Counted from the stretch's first letter, positions 36,351-47,300 are shown. The stretch: DNA of 64,000 bases from Planctomycetota bacterium (GCA_014193115.1 BJHQ01000005.1:50982-114981); one strand, 5' to 3'. A program made the numbers and translations. The notes: generated by a model from the letters alone, not told the origin.

Positions 36351-37244
36351 ATGAGTCGCGACCCGTTGGCGGGCTGGCCTCGGCTGCGCCGCACCGCGTG
36401 GCGGGCGATGCGCGGCGTGGCCAGGTCGCTGCCGCTCGATGGCGGCCGGCTGCTGGCCTCGGTAGTCGGTCGGCTGGTCTGGGCCTGCGACGCCCGTGGC
36501 CGCAAGGTGGTCGCCGGCAATCTGGCTCCGTTGCAACCGGCGGCCTGCCGGGACGCCGCCAACCGGGCGGTCCAGCGCAGCTACATCGCTGCCGGGCTGG
36601 CGGTCGCCGAGGGCCTGCGCCTCGACCGGCTGCCCGCCCGGCAATTCGAAGCCGACCGGTTTTCACTGGATGATCCCTGGCAGGTTTTCGCCAACCGGCC
36701 GCTGGCCGGACCGGCCATCCTCGTCGGCATCCATGCCAATCAGGAGATGCTGTTGGCTGCCCTCCACCACCTTGGCTTGGTCCGGGGCATCGAGACGGCG
36801 GCACTCGACGAGGTCGATCCGTGGCTGACCGCCGAGCGCACCCGCCTGCGCGCAGCAGTCGGTTGCCGTGCGGTCACTCTCGATCGCGCCCCGCTCGCCG
36901 CGTTGCGGGCACTGCGCGAACGCCGGGTGCTGGCGCTTGCTGCTGATCGGGATTATTCGGGTCGCGGACTGGTAACCGCTGTGCGCGGACGTGCGATGCG
37001 TCTGCCGCCGGGCCCGGCAGCCCTCGCCGCCCAGACCGGAGCGATGATCGTGCCGTTGCTGCTAGCCCGACGGGGTTGGCGGAAGTTCCGACTGGTGGTC
37101 GGACGACCCTTGCGGCCTCAGCCAGGCGCCGACCCGGTCGACGAGGTGACGCGTCTGACCGCTGGACTGGCAGACGCGATCGGGCGCTTCCTGGTAGCCG
37201 TGCCAGCGCAATGGGTCGCCTTCCACCCGGTGTGGGCACGTTGA
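36351..37244 (+). CDS. Lipid A biosynthesis / lysophospholipid acyltransferase (LpxL/HtrB family)
   Basis: HANQEM motif in ILVGIHANQEMLLAALHHLG, and a C-terminal AADRDYSGRGLVTAVRGRAMRLPPGPAALA. Confidence 0.65.
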   Translation: MSRDPLAGWPRLRRTAWRAMRGVARSLPLDGGRLLASVVGRLVWACDARGRKVVAGNLAPLQPAACRDAANRAVQRSYIAAGLAVAEGLRLDRLPARQFEADRFSLDDPWQVFANRPLAGPAILVGIHANQEMLLAALHHLGLVRGIETAALDEVDPWLTAERTRLRAAVGCRAVTLDRAPLAALRALRERRVLALAADRDYSGRGLVTAVRGRAMRLPPGPAALAAQTGAMIVPLLLARRGWRKFRLVVGRPLRPQPGADPVDEVTRLTAGLADAIGRFLVAVPAQWVAFHPVWAR

Positions 37245-37290
37245 ACCGGTGGGTGGTGACTCGTGATGGAGTCGAACACGCTCGGACCGG

Positions 37291-38007
37291 TCAATTCCTG
37301 ACGAACCGCATTACGGTTGCCGGCGGCAGATTCAGCCACACCCGCCGTGAAGGCCCGGCTGAGAAGCCTGGCATCGCAAAGCGTTTCCAGGCTCGCGGCG
37401 CGTACGTGAATTGTACATATGACCGGCCAGGTGGCAGCACGGCGGCGATCGCGGCCAGTATGCGCTGGGGCAGGTCTCCGGGCAGGGACAGCAGCGGAAG
37501 GCCGCTGACAACGACACCAACGTCGCTGGGTGCAAGGTGATGGGCGGCCAGGTGATCGACGAGGATCGACGCGCATCCCTGGACCACTGGCACGGTCGGC
37601 AGATCGGCGCGCAATCGTGAGACGAACTCCGGATTGGCTTCGACCGCGACCAAGCGGTGTCCTGGATAGCGGCGCAGGATGGCCTTAGTGAAGACGCCGG
37701 TTCCAGGTCCAAGTTCGACGATGGCAGTCTGGTTGGGCAGGGGGCCGATGGCGTCGATCATGGCCTTCGCGAGTCCCTGACCTGACGGCAGCACGGCACC
37801 GGTCTGGCGACCATGGCGGATGAGCTGGCCGAGGAACAAGATGCTTCCAGGAAGGCGCAAACGGCCCAGGAACCTTTCTGGTCCGCGGTGCGCTGGTTCG
37901 CGGACTTTGGAAGGCGCCTCGGCCCCGAAGGCTGCCTCGCTCAGCGGGCGGCCTCCCTCATCCCCGGACTCGCCGTCCTGCCCTTCCCTATGCATCCTGG
38001 AGCTCAC
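37291..38007 (-). CDS. Class I SAM-dependent methyltransferase (RrnaAD/PmtA-like, COG3963-type); start uncertain
   Basis: FLGRLRLPGSILFLGQLIRHGRQTGAVLPSGQGLAKAMIDAI followed by the SAM motif VELGPGTGVFT. Confidence 0.65.
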   Translation of the reverse strand: MSSRMHREGQDGESGDEGGRPLSEAAFGAEAPSKVREPAHRGPERFLGRLRLPGSILFLGQLIRHGRQTGAVLPSGQGLAKAMIDAIGPLPNQTAIVELGPGTGVFTKAILRRYPGHRLVAVEANPEFVSRLRADLPTVPVVQGCASILVDHLAAHHLAPSDVGVVVSGLPLLSLPGDLPQRILAAIAAVLPPGRSYVQFTYAPRAWKRFAMPGFSAGPSRRVWLNLPPATVMRFVRN

Positions 38008-38190
38008 GCCTCGGGTCCGTCAGCGTGCAGGGGTGCCTGGTCGAGACCCGAAACGGCTAAGCGTGCATCCATTGGCAAAGGTTGCGAAGCAGGACTTCGA
38101 TGCACAAGAGGGCCTCGCGTCGCTCGGCGATCGGTGTCTCCGCATCACCCGAATATCACGACATGAGTACTGCCGCCAGACCAGTGTAAG

Positions 38191-38236
38191 TCATTATCGG
38201 ATAATGAGATAATAATTATTAATGATATCGCATATG
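38191..38236 (+). promoter_or_regulatory. AT-rich palindromic operator-like element of GATAAT/ATTATC hexamers (Fur-box-like) upstream of the 2668-aa gene
   Basis: TCATTATCgGATAATGA is an 8-1-8 inverted repeat and TAATAATTATTA is a 12-bp palindrome. The block is about 85% AT in a ~67% GC genome, 140 bp upstream of the ATG at 38376. Confidence 0.5.
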
Positions 38237-38375
38237 CCGATCTGGTGTGCCACTCGCGACTGGCCGGTCTGAAATTGCCGCGCTACCGCGGTCGCCATCC
38301 TGGTTAGAACCGCCCAAGCGCAGAGGGCGTTCCGCTCTCGTGCCTCCCGCTGCCGACCGTTCAGGAACCGCCGCC

Positions 38376-41300
38376 ATGGCAATCAACCTTTCACGCATTG
38401 CTCTTCCCGCACTGCTGGCCATTGCGGCCTCGGTACCGGCTATGGCAGGGGATGCAGACATTCCGATCTCGGAGCTGGATGGATCGAGCAAGATGGATTG
38501 GTCGACTTTCAAGCTGCCTGGGGCGGTCTATCCAAAAGAAGGGTTCGGCCCGGGCGGTTGGTACAAAGGCCCGGTCAACAAGAAGCTGTATGATCGGCAG
38601 CATCCCAAGCCGAACGGAGTTGGGATTCGCGCTGGTGGGTATAACGGCGCTTTGGCAGGCGGCGCCCGCGGCCGCTACGAACTGCTCTACATCCGCACCC
38701 GCTTTCCTGATGATATGCGCGAGCAGATCACCGAAATCGGTGCGAACAACCTGATGGAGATCGTCAATCGCTGGTTCGTCGACGCGAGCTACAATACGTT
38801 TTCGATCACCACCACGGTCACGCCCGTGCTGACCATGCCGTATCCGATGCGGTACTATGATACGTATAATCCGGTGCACGATGCCGCTGTTCCGATGTCA
38901 GGTCTGGATGCGTTCACCGCCGATGCCGACACGGCTGCAGCAGTCGCCGGGTATAGTGGAGGATTCGACCTGCGCAGCATTCGTCTGAGTGGTTTGACCA
39001 CCTGGCCTTTTGGCGGTCTGGGCGGCGGTGGTCGTACCTGGTACAAGACCGACGGAATCGGCCTGTATGTGCACGAGCTCGGCCACGCCATCGGTCTGCC
39101 CCACGCAAACTTCTGGGATACTGCCGGTCGCAGTATTTTCGGCGCAACCGACGCGATTTTCCAAAACTATCGGTACTGCATCGAAAACATCGAATACGGC
39201 GATCCCTGGGATGTCATGGGGAGCGGCCTTAACCGACCAGGCCACTTCAATGTTCTTTTCAAGAACAGCCTGGGCTGGCTGACCGAAGACCATGTGCTCG
39301 ACATCACCGAGAGCACCACATTCCGCATGCATGCATTCGATGTGGACCGTTTGGATTCCGGAAAGATCTATGCGGCCCGGATGTCGAAGCATCCCGGCGA
39401 GTTCACCGATCCGCAGTTCTGGTTTGGCTATCGCAACCGCAAGATCAATCCGACCGGGAACAATGCTCCCTTCCCGCAGTACGCGAATGTCGATTTCATG
39501 CCCCACAGCCTGCAAGTGCACATCAATGCGGCTGATTTCTACACCCAGAAGAACGGAAATGACAATTCTCGCGCTCCCAATGAAGTACTGTTGGATGTGA
39601 CCCCGGGAACGCCTCCGGGACAGAACGATGGCGGTGTCGCTGTTGGGCGCACGTTCAGTGATCCCGCTGGCAATTTCCATGTGACGGTGGTCGATGAGGT
39701 GAACAGCGAACCGAATGCCCTGGATGTGGTGGTCAAGCGCGGAGACTTCACAAGCAATCGTCCGCCGATGGTCAGCATCGAGCCGGTCGGCGCCACCTGG
39801 ACTCCCGGCAAGCCGTTGCTGGTGACGTATCCTTATAGCGCCACCACACAGATCGCCGCTGATTTCTCTGACCTCGTGAAGTTCAAGGCCACAGCCAGCG
39901 ATCCGGACGGCGACGCCCTGGCCTATTACTGGGAATTCGGCGACTGGAAATTCGCCTCGAAGAATTCAGACCAGATCAGCTACGCCTATCCGAAGTCCAG
40001 CGTACCGTTGATCACTCCCGGAAATGGCAACGTCCTGATCTATGACCCTGCGCAGAAAGGCCCGCGCGGCCAGTTGTTCACCGTGCGCTGCACCGTGACC
40101 GACATGAAGGGTGGGATCGCCATCGCGGAATTCCCGGTCAACGTCGGCATGAAGGAGTTCCCAGCGTTCGATGCTGCCGATACCGGTGGCCGCTTCCGTA
40201 CCAACATCCGCGGTCGGATCCTGGACCAGGCCGGCAAGCCGGTGGTCGGAGTGCGGGTGACCGCCCAGGGGCCGATTACTGTCTACGCCTACTCGGACTC
40301 GGATGGATATTACCTGTTGTCCGGCCTGATTCCGAACCAAGGCTACGTGTTCAGCCCAGTCAAAGAAGGCTTCAACTTCAATGGCAAGGATAACGCCCAG
40401 GCATTGACCGATAGCGTGGCATCGTCCAGTCCTATCACGGTCCCCGCTGGACGGGATCTGAACGATTTCAATTTAATCGCCCGCAAACGGCATGAAGTTT
40501 ATATTGATACTTTGGCGGCAACATGGAACGACGCGAATCTCAATGGCCAGGTGGATGGGGGTGAGGTCACCCCAATCCTGACCGATGGTAAGGTAACCAT
40601 CATCGACCAGATCGCAGAACCGGCGACCGGGAAGGTTCCGGTGATTTTCCGGGTCCGCCGCGAAGGTCCGGCAAAGCATGTGAAGAGCTATGATCGGGAT
40701 TATGAGATCACCGAAGACTTCAAGGATAATTGGCTCTGCGTTCGTTTGTACACCGGTGGCGGGACTGCGACTAAGGATGACGTCGATTACGACCTGTGGA
40801 CCACGTTTCTCGACATGCCCTTCCGGCTTTCCCAGCCGACCTTTATTGGCGGTGTTAGACAGCCGACGAATCACTCCGAATTCAAGACTTATTCCGGTCG
40901 TCCACCATTGCTGAATGATACCAATCCCAATGTGGAATCAGGAACCGTGACGGTGGTGAATCCTGAGAAGCCCACAGCCATTCGTACGCACGATTCTTTT
41001 CCAGCTAGAGGAGCTCCGCCTGACTACGCCACCGGGAATCAAGCGGACCGCTACGTAGTCATCCGCGGTACGATCAACTTGCCCGGCATTGGCATCAGCA
41101 GCAGGCCGGATGGAAGTTTTGTCTATCCGGAAACGAACGGTCTTGGCGAGACCTACACCGACATCGTGGCCGTGGTCAATGCCGACTCGGTGGCTGAAAA
41201 CCCCGAGACCATCTCGATCATGATCCCGCACAGCCCGGATTATTTTGCTGCGAAATGCGTTGCGAGCGTCAAGGTGATCAGCCACCCGAGCAACGGGCTG

Positions 41301-44300
41301 GTGCCCACGCCAACCGTCTCTGCTGCAGGCGGATCAGCCTATGAATCGGGAAGCTCCAACGGCCAGTTCGTTTTCTATCGCAGTGCTGCCGGTGATATCA
41401 CCCAAAGTTTGACGGTACATTTCGCGCTCTCGGGCACAGCGGTCTATGGCAAGGATTATTCGATCCCCCTGACGCCACCAGTGACCTTTGACAGCGTCAA
41501 TTCACGATACACCGGTTCGATTGTCATTCCTGCCGGTATCGCATCGGTAAAACTGCCTGTGTACGCCATTCCCGACAACGTCCGCGATCCCAATGAGGTC
41601 GTCTCTCTGACCATTTTGGATGGTACTGGATACGTTGCCGGCAGCGGGGCGCAGATAGTGATCGTCGAAGACGACCTGCCCCAAGTTTGGGTGGTCAACA
41701 CCGGCGGCATTGCCCGCGAAAGCGTACTGGCAAATGCGAGTGGAACTCCAGGCGCGCCGGCCAACGGCCAGTTCAGTATCATCCGATTCGGATCCCTCGA
41801 CGAGGATCTTCCGGTGAAGGTCAAGTTCAGTGGATCTGCCACCTATCTCGATGATTACACCCCGCAGGTGACCGAGGTGTCGAACCTGAAATCGACCACC
41901 CGCACGTTGACGGAAACTAATGATTTCGTGACCATTGCCGCCGGCGACACCACGGTGGTCGTCACGATCAAGCCGGTGAACGACGCCACTGCGGCTGAGG
42001 GTGACGAATTTGTCAACGTCACCATCGAGAAATCCTCAACGTATAATACGGTCAATCCGGCCTTGGCCGACCTGGTCATCCAGGACTCGTCGCTGCCCGA
42101 TGTCACCCTGTCGATCACCCCGGGTTTCGGCACGAATCTGAATGAAAATCAGCAGACCAAACTGCGTTTCCAACGGTATCGCGGCAACATCAACAATTCC
42201 CTGCTGATCCGTTACCTGGTTAGCGGTAGTGCTGACAATGGCTATGACTACACCATTGACACCGGCAGCGTCGGATTCGGCGAAGCACTGATTCCCGATG
42301 GCCAGACCATAACCGACATCTCCTTCAATGTTGCTGAGGACATCATCCGCGAAGACCCGGAATTGATCAGCATTATTCTGATTCCGCAATCGACCTATAA
42401 CGTCGATCTGGCCAGCGACGATGCCCAGCTCGCGATTGTCGCGAATGACTTCAATGGCCAGAAAAATCACTCGTTCAAATTCGACAAACAGACGATCAAA
42501 GTAGTGGAATCCAATGGTACGGCGGACTTCTTCGTCGATGTGGTGCTGAGCTCATCGCCAGCAGGCAATAATGTTTATGCGCCTTTGGACGGAACGCGCA
42601 GCCAGAACAACAAAAATCAGCAGATCTGGGTCGGTTGGGAGGTCATCCAGAACCCGACGTCCGATGTCAATGATGCGACCGGAACCACCGACTTCGTCCT
42701 CGCCAACGGCGTGATGATCTTCGCACCGCAAGAAGACATGCAGAACGGGAATCCGTCGTGGGACCGCAATTCGCCGCCGGACAGTCCAACCCTGTCTGAT
42801 GGAAGTCCGTATAACGTCTATGGCTTTCATGGTCTGAATCCCCGCCCGCCGATCGACTACATCCGGCGCAGCCTGTGGTTCCATGTGGTCGGTGATACCG
42901 ACCCGGAACGGGACGATTCAATTGCTAAAACCGGCGATGAGACGTTCCTCATCCGGCTCAGCGAACGCGCTACGGGTCAGCCCTTGGTCAGCGGCTTGCC
43001 GGTGGCTGGCGATATTTGGGGAGTGGCTCCGACTCCGGCAGTCAGCAATGCGGAACCGCTGACCGAGTGCCGGGTGACGATCATCAATGACGACTCAAGT
43101 GTGATCTCCCTGTCGTCGGATTCGACGACTCTGCCGGAAGGGAACCAGGCCCACCTGACCTTGACCCGGACGGGCAATACGCAAGGCGATGCCACGGTGA
43201 CCTTCGAAATTTCCGGTTCAGCTTCGCCATTCGGTGATTACACGATCACCGGTGCAACCAGGGTCCTCCGCAAGGAAGCGGAAAACAGCCTGTTGTATAC
43301 GGTGACTTTCGTCGGCGACCGGATTGATCCGGTAACGTCGGCTTTGATTCCTGGCGAAACCAGCAAAACCGTAACGCTTGACGTCGCCCTGGACCAGACC
43401 GTGGAACGGGCCGAGACCATTGCGGTCCGGCTCTTGAATGGTCTGTACAATCTTCCCGGTCGTAGTGCCGGTGCTGGCGGAATCGGTCCGGACGATACCG
43501 GCATCTCGCATCCAGTGATCTATCCGGATGTGGACGGCCTGAGCTGGAACCCGCTGGTGCAAAAAGAAACACTGACCACTGGTGCGAAGATCAATCCATC
43601 CGCGTCCTTCGTATCATTGGATATTACCGACTCCAATTTGACCGATCCGGCCGAGCAGGGGACGCTGCCAATCGTCAGCGTTACCGTTGAGGATGGCGTG
43701 GGTTCCGAACCCGATCGCGGCCTTGGGAACATCATCTTCAAGCTCAGCCGCACCGGGGACACCACCAGTTCGTTGACCGTTCCGATCCAGATCAGCAAAA
43801 TGTCCACGGCGACGGTCACAGGGACGAAAGACGGCGACATCGATTTCGAGCGTCCGCCTGTGTCGTTGACGTTCGCTCCGGGAACATCGGATGTCACCGT
43901 CATGGTCCGGGTGGTGGATGACACCAAGCTGGAAGACACCGAGACGGTGATTTTAGGCATTGTGCCGACCGAACAGTTCCGGGCCGGCGATCCGGCCGGA
44001 GCGATTGCCTATATCATCGACGATGAAAGCCCGCCAGCAGTGATCACCATCAAGGCAGTGAAGGATAGTACGAGCGAGACCAGCACCGATCAGCTCGTCT
44101 ATGAGGTCCGACGCAGCCGGGACTTCGTGGCACCGCTGGACGTGATCATCCAGATCACCGGCACAGCGTCGGCTGGGGTCGACTACCTGGTCTCGACGGT
44201 CCCAACGTTGTCACCAGTGACCTTGCCAGGAGTGACTGGGACGTTCTCACTGACCATCCCCGCGGCTCAGGAGACGACGTTGATCACTGCCAATCCGGTC

Positions 44301-46253
44301 GAGGATGTCACGGCAGAAGGTGACGAATCGGTCACAATCGCATTGTTGCCTGACATAAACACGACCAATCCGAATTATGTCGTCGGCCCGATCAACCAGT
44401 CGAGTGCGGTCGGAGTCATCATTGATGATGACGCCCCAAGTGTCTATGTGAGCCGGACGGCCGATGCCAATGAAGAAGGTCAAGTACCTGGATACTTTGC
44501 TGTCAAACGAAGCCTCATCACCAACACTGGCTTGGCGGTAAACCTGACGTGGAGCGGGACTGCCGCATCAGGGGACTATGTGTCGGTTCCCAGTGTGGTC
44601 ACCATCCCGGCAGACCAGAGCGAGGTGACGGTCGGGATCATTCCAGTGAATGATGCGGAAATGGAGATTGATGAGACCGTGATCGTAACTATTGCCACCG
44701 GTAGCGGCTACACGGTTGGCGGTGTGGATGGCAGTGAGACCGCGACCCTGTTGATCCTAGATAATGATCGGCCGCGACTCAGCGTCGGCATCAACCGACC
44801 GATCGGTTACGAAGTACTTGACGGGTCTTCCCCGCCAACGGTGGGCATCGCTGAATTTGTCATCAGCCGGACGGCGAGCTCCGAAGGCCTGGCCTTGGCG
44901 ACGGAAGTGAAGTTCTCCTTGTCGGGAACTGCGGTGGATGGCGCAGACTATGTGCGGATCGTTCCGACCAATTCGGTGATTGGGACGGTGACCTTCTCGG
45001 CCAGCGCTGCGGATGTGTATGTGCCTATCACGCCGATCGACGATGAACTGGTCGAGAACGATGAAACCGTGATCTTAACCCTGGCGGAAGATGTCAATTC
45101 GTACAATCTGACGACCGACCCGAAGAAACGGACTGCCGAGGTGGTTATCAAGAGCGACGACTTGGTGCGCGTTTCAGTGGCGGCGGTACCGAAGTACCTG
45201 GTGAAGACCGGGTGCAATGTGCCAGCGACCTTCGTCTTCACCCGCACCGGCAGCACGGATGGGCGTCTGCGGGTTGAGTTCGTGGTTGACGACTTGGCCG
45301 GTCCACCGTCCACGCTGCCGATCAGCCAATTGGCGCAAAAATTGATCGATTACCGCTTCAAAGTGCCTGGCGGAGTGACGTCGACAGTGGACTTCAATGA
45401 CGGAAGCGACACCGCCACGGTCGAGGTCGAGGCCATTTCGGACCTGACCGAGAAGCAGATCTGGTTGAAGGTCAAGGATCGCGCGGATGGCAGCTATCTG
45501 CCGAAAGTCGGGAAGGAGAAGACCTTTATCACCTTGCTGCCAGCGGGCACGCCGTACGTCACGATCAGCGCGGCGTCAGACAATACCACCGCCGAAGGCA
45601 TCGATACCGGCAAGTTCGTGATCTCCCGTACTGGAAGCTTCAACAACCCGATCACGGTGAATCTGGGTTGGTCGGGCACCGGCAAGATTGATGACGACTA
45701 CACGGTGAGCCTCGGCGGCACAGTCCAGGTCGGTCTGCCGCCCTTTGTGACCATCCCGGCTTCGTTCGGGTTCGTCGATGTGGTGGTCACCGCTGTGACT
45801 GACCAAATTGTCGAAGGTGACGAAACGATCATCTGCACCCTGCTTGACTCCACCGCAAATGATCCGGTGACCGGTAAGCCATTGTATTACCAGGCCTGCT
45901 CGGTGAAGGACACGGTCACCATTACCGATGTGCCGCCGCCGCGCCCACGCATCGTCAGCGAGCCGGTGATCTTCGTTCAACAGGGCTCGGCGCTGAGCTA
46001 CCAAGTGCAAACGGTGGTGGCAGGTGGTCTGCCTGGATTGCCCGCACCAAAATACTATCTGGAGCCGAGCCAGATCGATCTGCCGATCCCCTTGGGCATG
46101 ACGATCGATAGCGGGACGGGACTGCTGAGCTGGTCAGCGGTCACCGGCACCGGCCATCTGCGGGTGAGGGTCCGTACTGAAAATGTGCCCAATAATTCTG
46201 ATTCACAAGACTTGTTGATCTTCATCGTTCCTCCCCCGACCAGCCCGAACTGA
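38376..46253 (+). CDS. Giant secreted protein (~2625 aa) with an N-terminal metzincin-like HEXXHXXGXXH domain, a PKD-like domain, a carboxypeptidase-regulatory-like domain, at least 10 Calx-beta domains and a C-terminal putative Ig domain
   Basis: Signal peptide MAINLSRIALPALLAIAASVPAMAG. YVHELGHAIGLPHANF with DVMGSG. Repeated Calx-beta pattern (F/V)xLSGTA..G.DY...........V.IPAG........PV.D...E.DE.V..T. An AGGAA RBS precedes the start. Confidence 0.8.
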   Translation: MAINLSRIALPALLAIAASVPAMAGDADIPISELDGSSKMDWSTFKLPGAVYPKEGFGPGGWYKGPVNKKLYDRQHPKPNGVGIRAGGYNGALAGGARGRYELLYIRTRFPDDMREQITEIGANNLMEIVNRWFVDASYNTFSITTTVTPVLTMPYPMRYYDTYNPVHDAAVPMSGLDAFTADADTAAAVAGYSGGFDLRSIRLSGLTTWPFGGLGGGGRTWYKTDGIGLYVHELGHAIGLPHANFWDTAGRSIFGATDAIFQNYRYCIENIEYGDPWDVMGSGLNRPGHFNVLFKNSLGWLTEDHVLDITESTTFRMHAFDVDRLDSGKIYAARMSKHPGEFTDPQFWFGYRNRKINPTGNNAPFPQYANVDFMPHSLQVHINAADFYTQKNGNDNSRAPNEVLLDVTPGTPPGQNDGGVAVGRTFSDPAGNFHVTVVDEVNSEPNALDVVVKRGDFTSNRPPMVSIEPVGATWTPGKPLLVTYPYSATTQIAADFSDLVKFKATASDPDGDALAYYWEFGDWKFASKNSDQISYAYPKSSVPLITPGNGNVLIYDPAQKGPRGQLFTVRCTVTDMKGGIAIAEFPVNVGMKEFPAFDAADTGGRFRTNIRGRILDQAGKPVVGVRVTAQGPITVYAYSDSDGYYLLSGLIPNQGYVFSPVKEGFNFNGKDNAQALTDSVASSSPITVPAGRDLNDFNLIARKRHEVYIDTLAATWNDANLNGQVDGGEVTPILTDGKVTIIDQIAEPATGKVPVIFRVRREGPAKHVKSYDRDYEITEDFKDNWLCVRLYTGGGTATKDDVDYDLWTTFLDMPFRLSQPTFIGGVRQPTNHSEFKTYSGRPPLLNDTNPNVESGTVTVVNPEKPTAIRTHDSFPARGAPPDYATGNQADRYVVIRGTINLPGIGISSRPDGSFVYPETNGLGETYTDIVAVVNADSVAENPETISIMIPHSPDYFAAKCVASVKVISHPSNGLVPTPTVSAAGGSAYESGSSNGQFVFYRSAAGDITQSLTVHFALSGTAVYGKDYSIPLTPPVTFDSVNSRYTGSIVIPAGIASVKLPVYAIPDNVRDPNEVVSLTILDGTGYVAGSGAQIVIVEDDLPQVWVVNTGGIARESVLANASGTPGAPANGQFSIIRFGSLDEDLPVKVKFSGSATYLDDYTPQVTEVSNLKSTTRTLTETNDFVTIAAGDTTVVVTIKPVNDATAAEGDEFVNVTIEKSSTYNTVNPALADLVIQDSSLPDVTLSITPGFGTNLNENQQTKLRFQRYRGNINNSLLIRYLVSGSADNGYDYTIDTGSVGFGEALIPDGQTITDISFNVAEDIIREDPELISIILIPQSTYNVDLASDDAQLAIVANDFNGQKNHSFKFDKQTIKVVESNGTADFFVDVVLSSSPAGNNVYAPLDGTRSQNNKNQQIWVGWEVIQNPTSDVNDATGTTDFVLANGVMIFAPQEDMQNGNPSWDRNSPPDSPTLSDGSPYNVYGFHGLNPRPPIDYIRRSLWFHVVGDTDPERDDSIAKTGDETFLIRLSERATGQPLVSGLPVAGDIWGVAPTPAVSNAEPLTECRVTIINDDSSVISLSSDSTTLPEGNQAHLTLTRTGNTQGDATVTFEISGSASPFGDYTITGATRVLRKEAENSLLYTVTFVGDRIDPVTSALIPGETSKTVTLDVALDQTVERAETIAVRLLNGLYNLPGRSAGAGGIGPDDTGISHPVIYPDVDGLSWNPLVQKETLTTGAKINPSASFVSLDITDSNLTDPAEQGTLPIVSVTVEDGVGSEPDRGLGNIIFKLSRTGDTTSSLTVPIQISKMSTATVTGTKDGDIDFERPPVSLTFAPGTSDVTVMVRVVDDTKLEDTETVILGIVPTEQFRAGDPAGAIAYIIDDESPPAVITIKAVKDSTSETSTDQLVYEVRRSRDFVAPLDVIIQITGTASAGVDYLVSTVPTLSPVTLPGVTGTFSLTIPAAQETTLITANPVEDVTAEGDESVTIALLPDINTTNPNYVVGPINQSSAVGVIIDDDAPSVYVSRTADANEEGQVPGYFAVKRSLITNTGLAVNLTWSGTAASGDYVSVPSVVTIPADQSEVTVGIIPVNDAEMEIDETVIVTIATGSGYTVGGVDGSETATLLILDNDRPRLSVGINRPIGYEVLDGSSPPTVGIAEFVISRTASSEGLALATEVKFSLSGTAVDGADYVRIVPTNSVIGTVTFSASAADVYVPITPIDDELVENDETVILTLAEDVNSYNLTTDPKKRTAEVVIKSDDLVRVSVAAVPKYLVKTGCNVPATFVFTRTGSTDGRLRVEFVVDDLAGPPSTLPISQLAQKLIDYRFKVPGGVTSTVDFNDGSDTATVEVEAISDLTEKQIWLKVKDRADGSYLPKVGKEKTFITLLPAGTPYVTISAASDNTTAEGIDTGKFVISRTGSFNNPITVNLGWSGTGKIDDDYTVSLGGTVQVGLPPFVTIPASFGFVDVVVTAVTDQIVEGDETIICTLLDSTANDPVTGKPLYYQACSVKDTVTITDVPPPRPRIVSEPVIFVQQGSALSYQVQTVVAGGLPGLPAPKYYLEPSQIDLPIPLGMTIDSGTGLLSWSAVTGTGHLRVRVRTENVPNNSDSQDLLIFIVPPPTSPN

Positions 46254-46286
46254 ACCCGCATCACCACCGATCGGAAAGTCCACACT

Positions 46287-47279
46287 ATGATCACATCACG
46301 CGATCTGCTTCGATTGGGATGCCTGGCGCTTGTCGCTGGCGTCCTGGTGACCGGATGCAAAGGCGGCGGGGGCGGAGGCGGAAGTGGCCCCGGTGATTCG
46401 CCAATCACTCCAGGCGGTGGCGGTGGAGGTGGTGGAGATCCAACACCCCCACCACCACCCCCGCCACCACCGCCGCCACCGCCCAGCAGCGCCTATTTGG
46501 TGCTGAACTTGTTGGATCCGTTGGCTGGGCTGGAGCAGAAAGATTCGACGTTTGATCCAAAGACGGCGACGGACAACCAGCTGGTGTTCATCAAGCTGCC
46601 TTCTGGTTCGGTGACGACCGGGTCGCCGGTGACGGAACTCGGTCACGATGCGGATGAGATCCAGTCGCCGGGGCTGGTACGTGAATTCTATTTGAGCACA
46701 TTCGAACTGAAGCAGATTCAATGGCGTTATCTGACGGACGCGTTCAATGAACCGTGGAAATCGGTCCAGCCCCGCGCGGTCGTCGGTACGGAGACATCGG
46801 TGTTCGCTGACCGTATGCCGGCGTTCGGCATCAGTTGGCAGGCGCTGAACTCGGCGGTCGATGCCCGTAACTTGGTGTTCCTGACCAATGGAGCCACCCA
46901 CCGCATCGGCATTCCGACTTCTGCCGAGTGGCAATATGCGGCTCGTTACAAATCGGTTGACAAGACCACACCGTACAGCTGGGGCACCGATGAGAGTGTC
47001 GTGGTGGTGTCCGAGTTCGCTGTGGTTCGGGAAACCGCAGGCACGGTGCGCGGACCTCGTCTGGTCGGTGGTCGCAAAGCCAACCCAGCTGGTTTGTTCG
47101 ACATGCACGGCAATGTCTGGGAATGGACGAAGACCCCGGATAGCGCCAATCTGACCTATATCCTGCAAGGTGGTTCATGGAATGATAATCTGCTCTCGGC
47201 CCGTGTCGCCAACGTGCAGCACCAATTGCCCGATGTCGGCTACGCGACCGCTGGAGTCCGACTGACCTTGATCCCGTAA
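46287..47279 (+). CDS. Lipoprotein with a Gly/Pro-rich linker and an FGE-sulfatase (SUMF1-like) domain
   Basis: Lipobox LVTGC, poly-Gly and poly-Pro linker, then GFRCARS-type family motifs: RVIRGGSW-like GGSWNDN and HGNVWEWTKTP. Confidence 0.75.
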   Translation: MITSRDLLRLGCLALVAGVLVTGCKGGGGGGGSGPGDSPITPGGGGGGGGDPTPPPPPPPPPPPPPSSAYLVLNLLDPLAGLEQKDSTFDPKTATDNQLVFIKLPSGSVTTGSPVTELGHDADEIQSPGLVREFYLSTFELKQIQWRYLTDAFNEPWKSVQPRAVVGTETSVFADRMPAFGISWQALNSAVDARNLVFLTNGATHRIGIPTSAEWQYAARYKSVDKTTPYSWGTDESVVVVSEFAVVRETAGTVRGPRLVGGRKANPAGLFDMHGNVWEWTKTPDSANLTYILQGGSWNDNLLSARVANVQHQLPDVGYATAGVRLTLIP

Positions 47280-47300
47280 GTTCCATCAACGTATCACCGG

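Noticed and set aside
35003-36644. 330-aa and 465-aa minus-strand ORFs
   Set aside because: Antisense to recJ and the LpxL-like gene, both of which have strong family motifs on the plus strand.
46370-46500. GGC/CCA-rich simple-sequence tract
   Set aside because: It encodes the poly-Gly/poly-Pro linker of the FGE-domain lipoprotein. It is in-frame coding low complexity and not a regulatory repeat.
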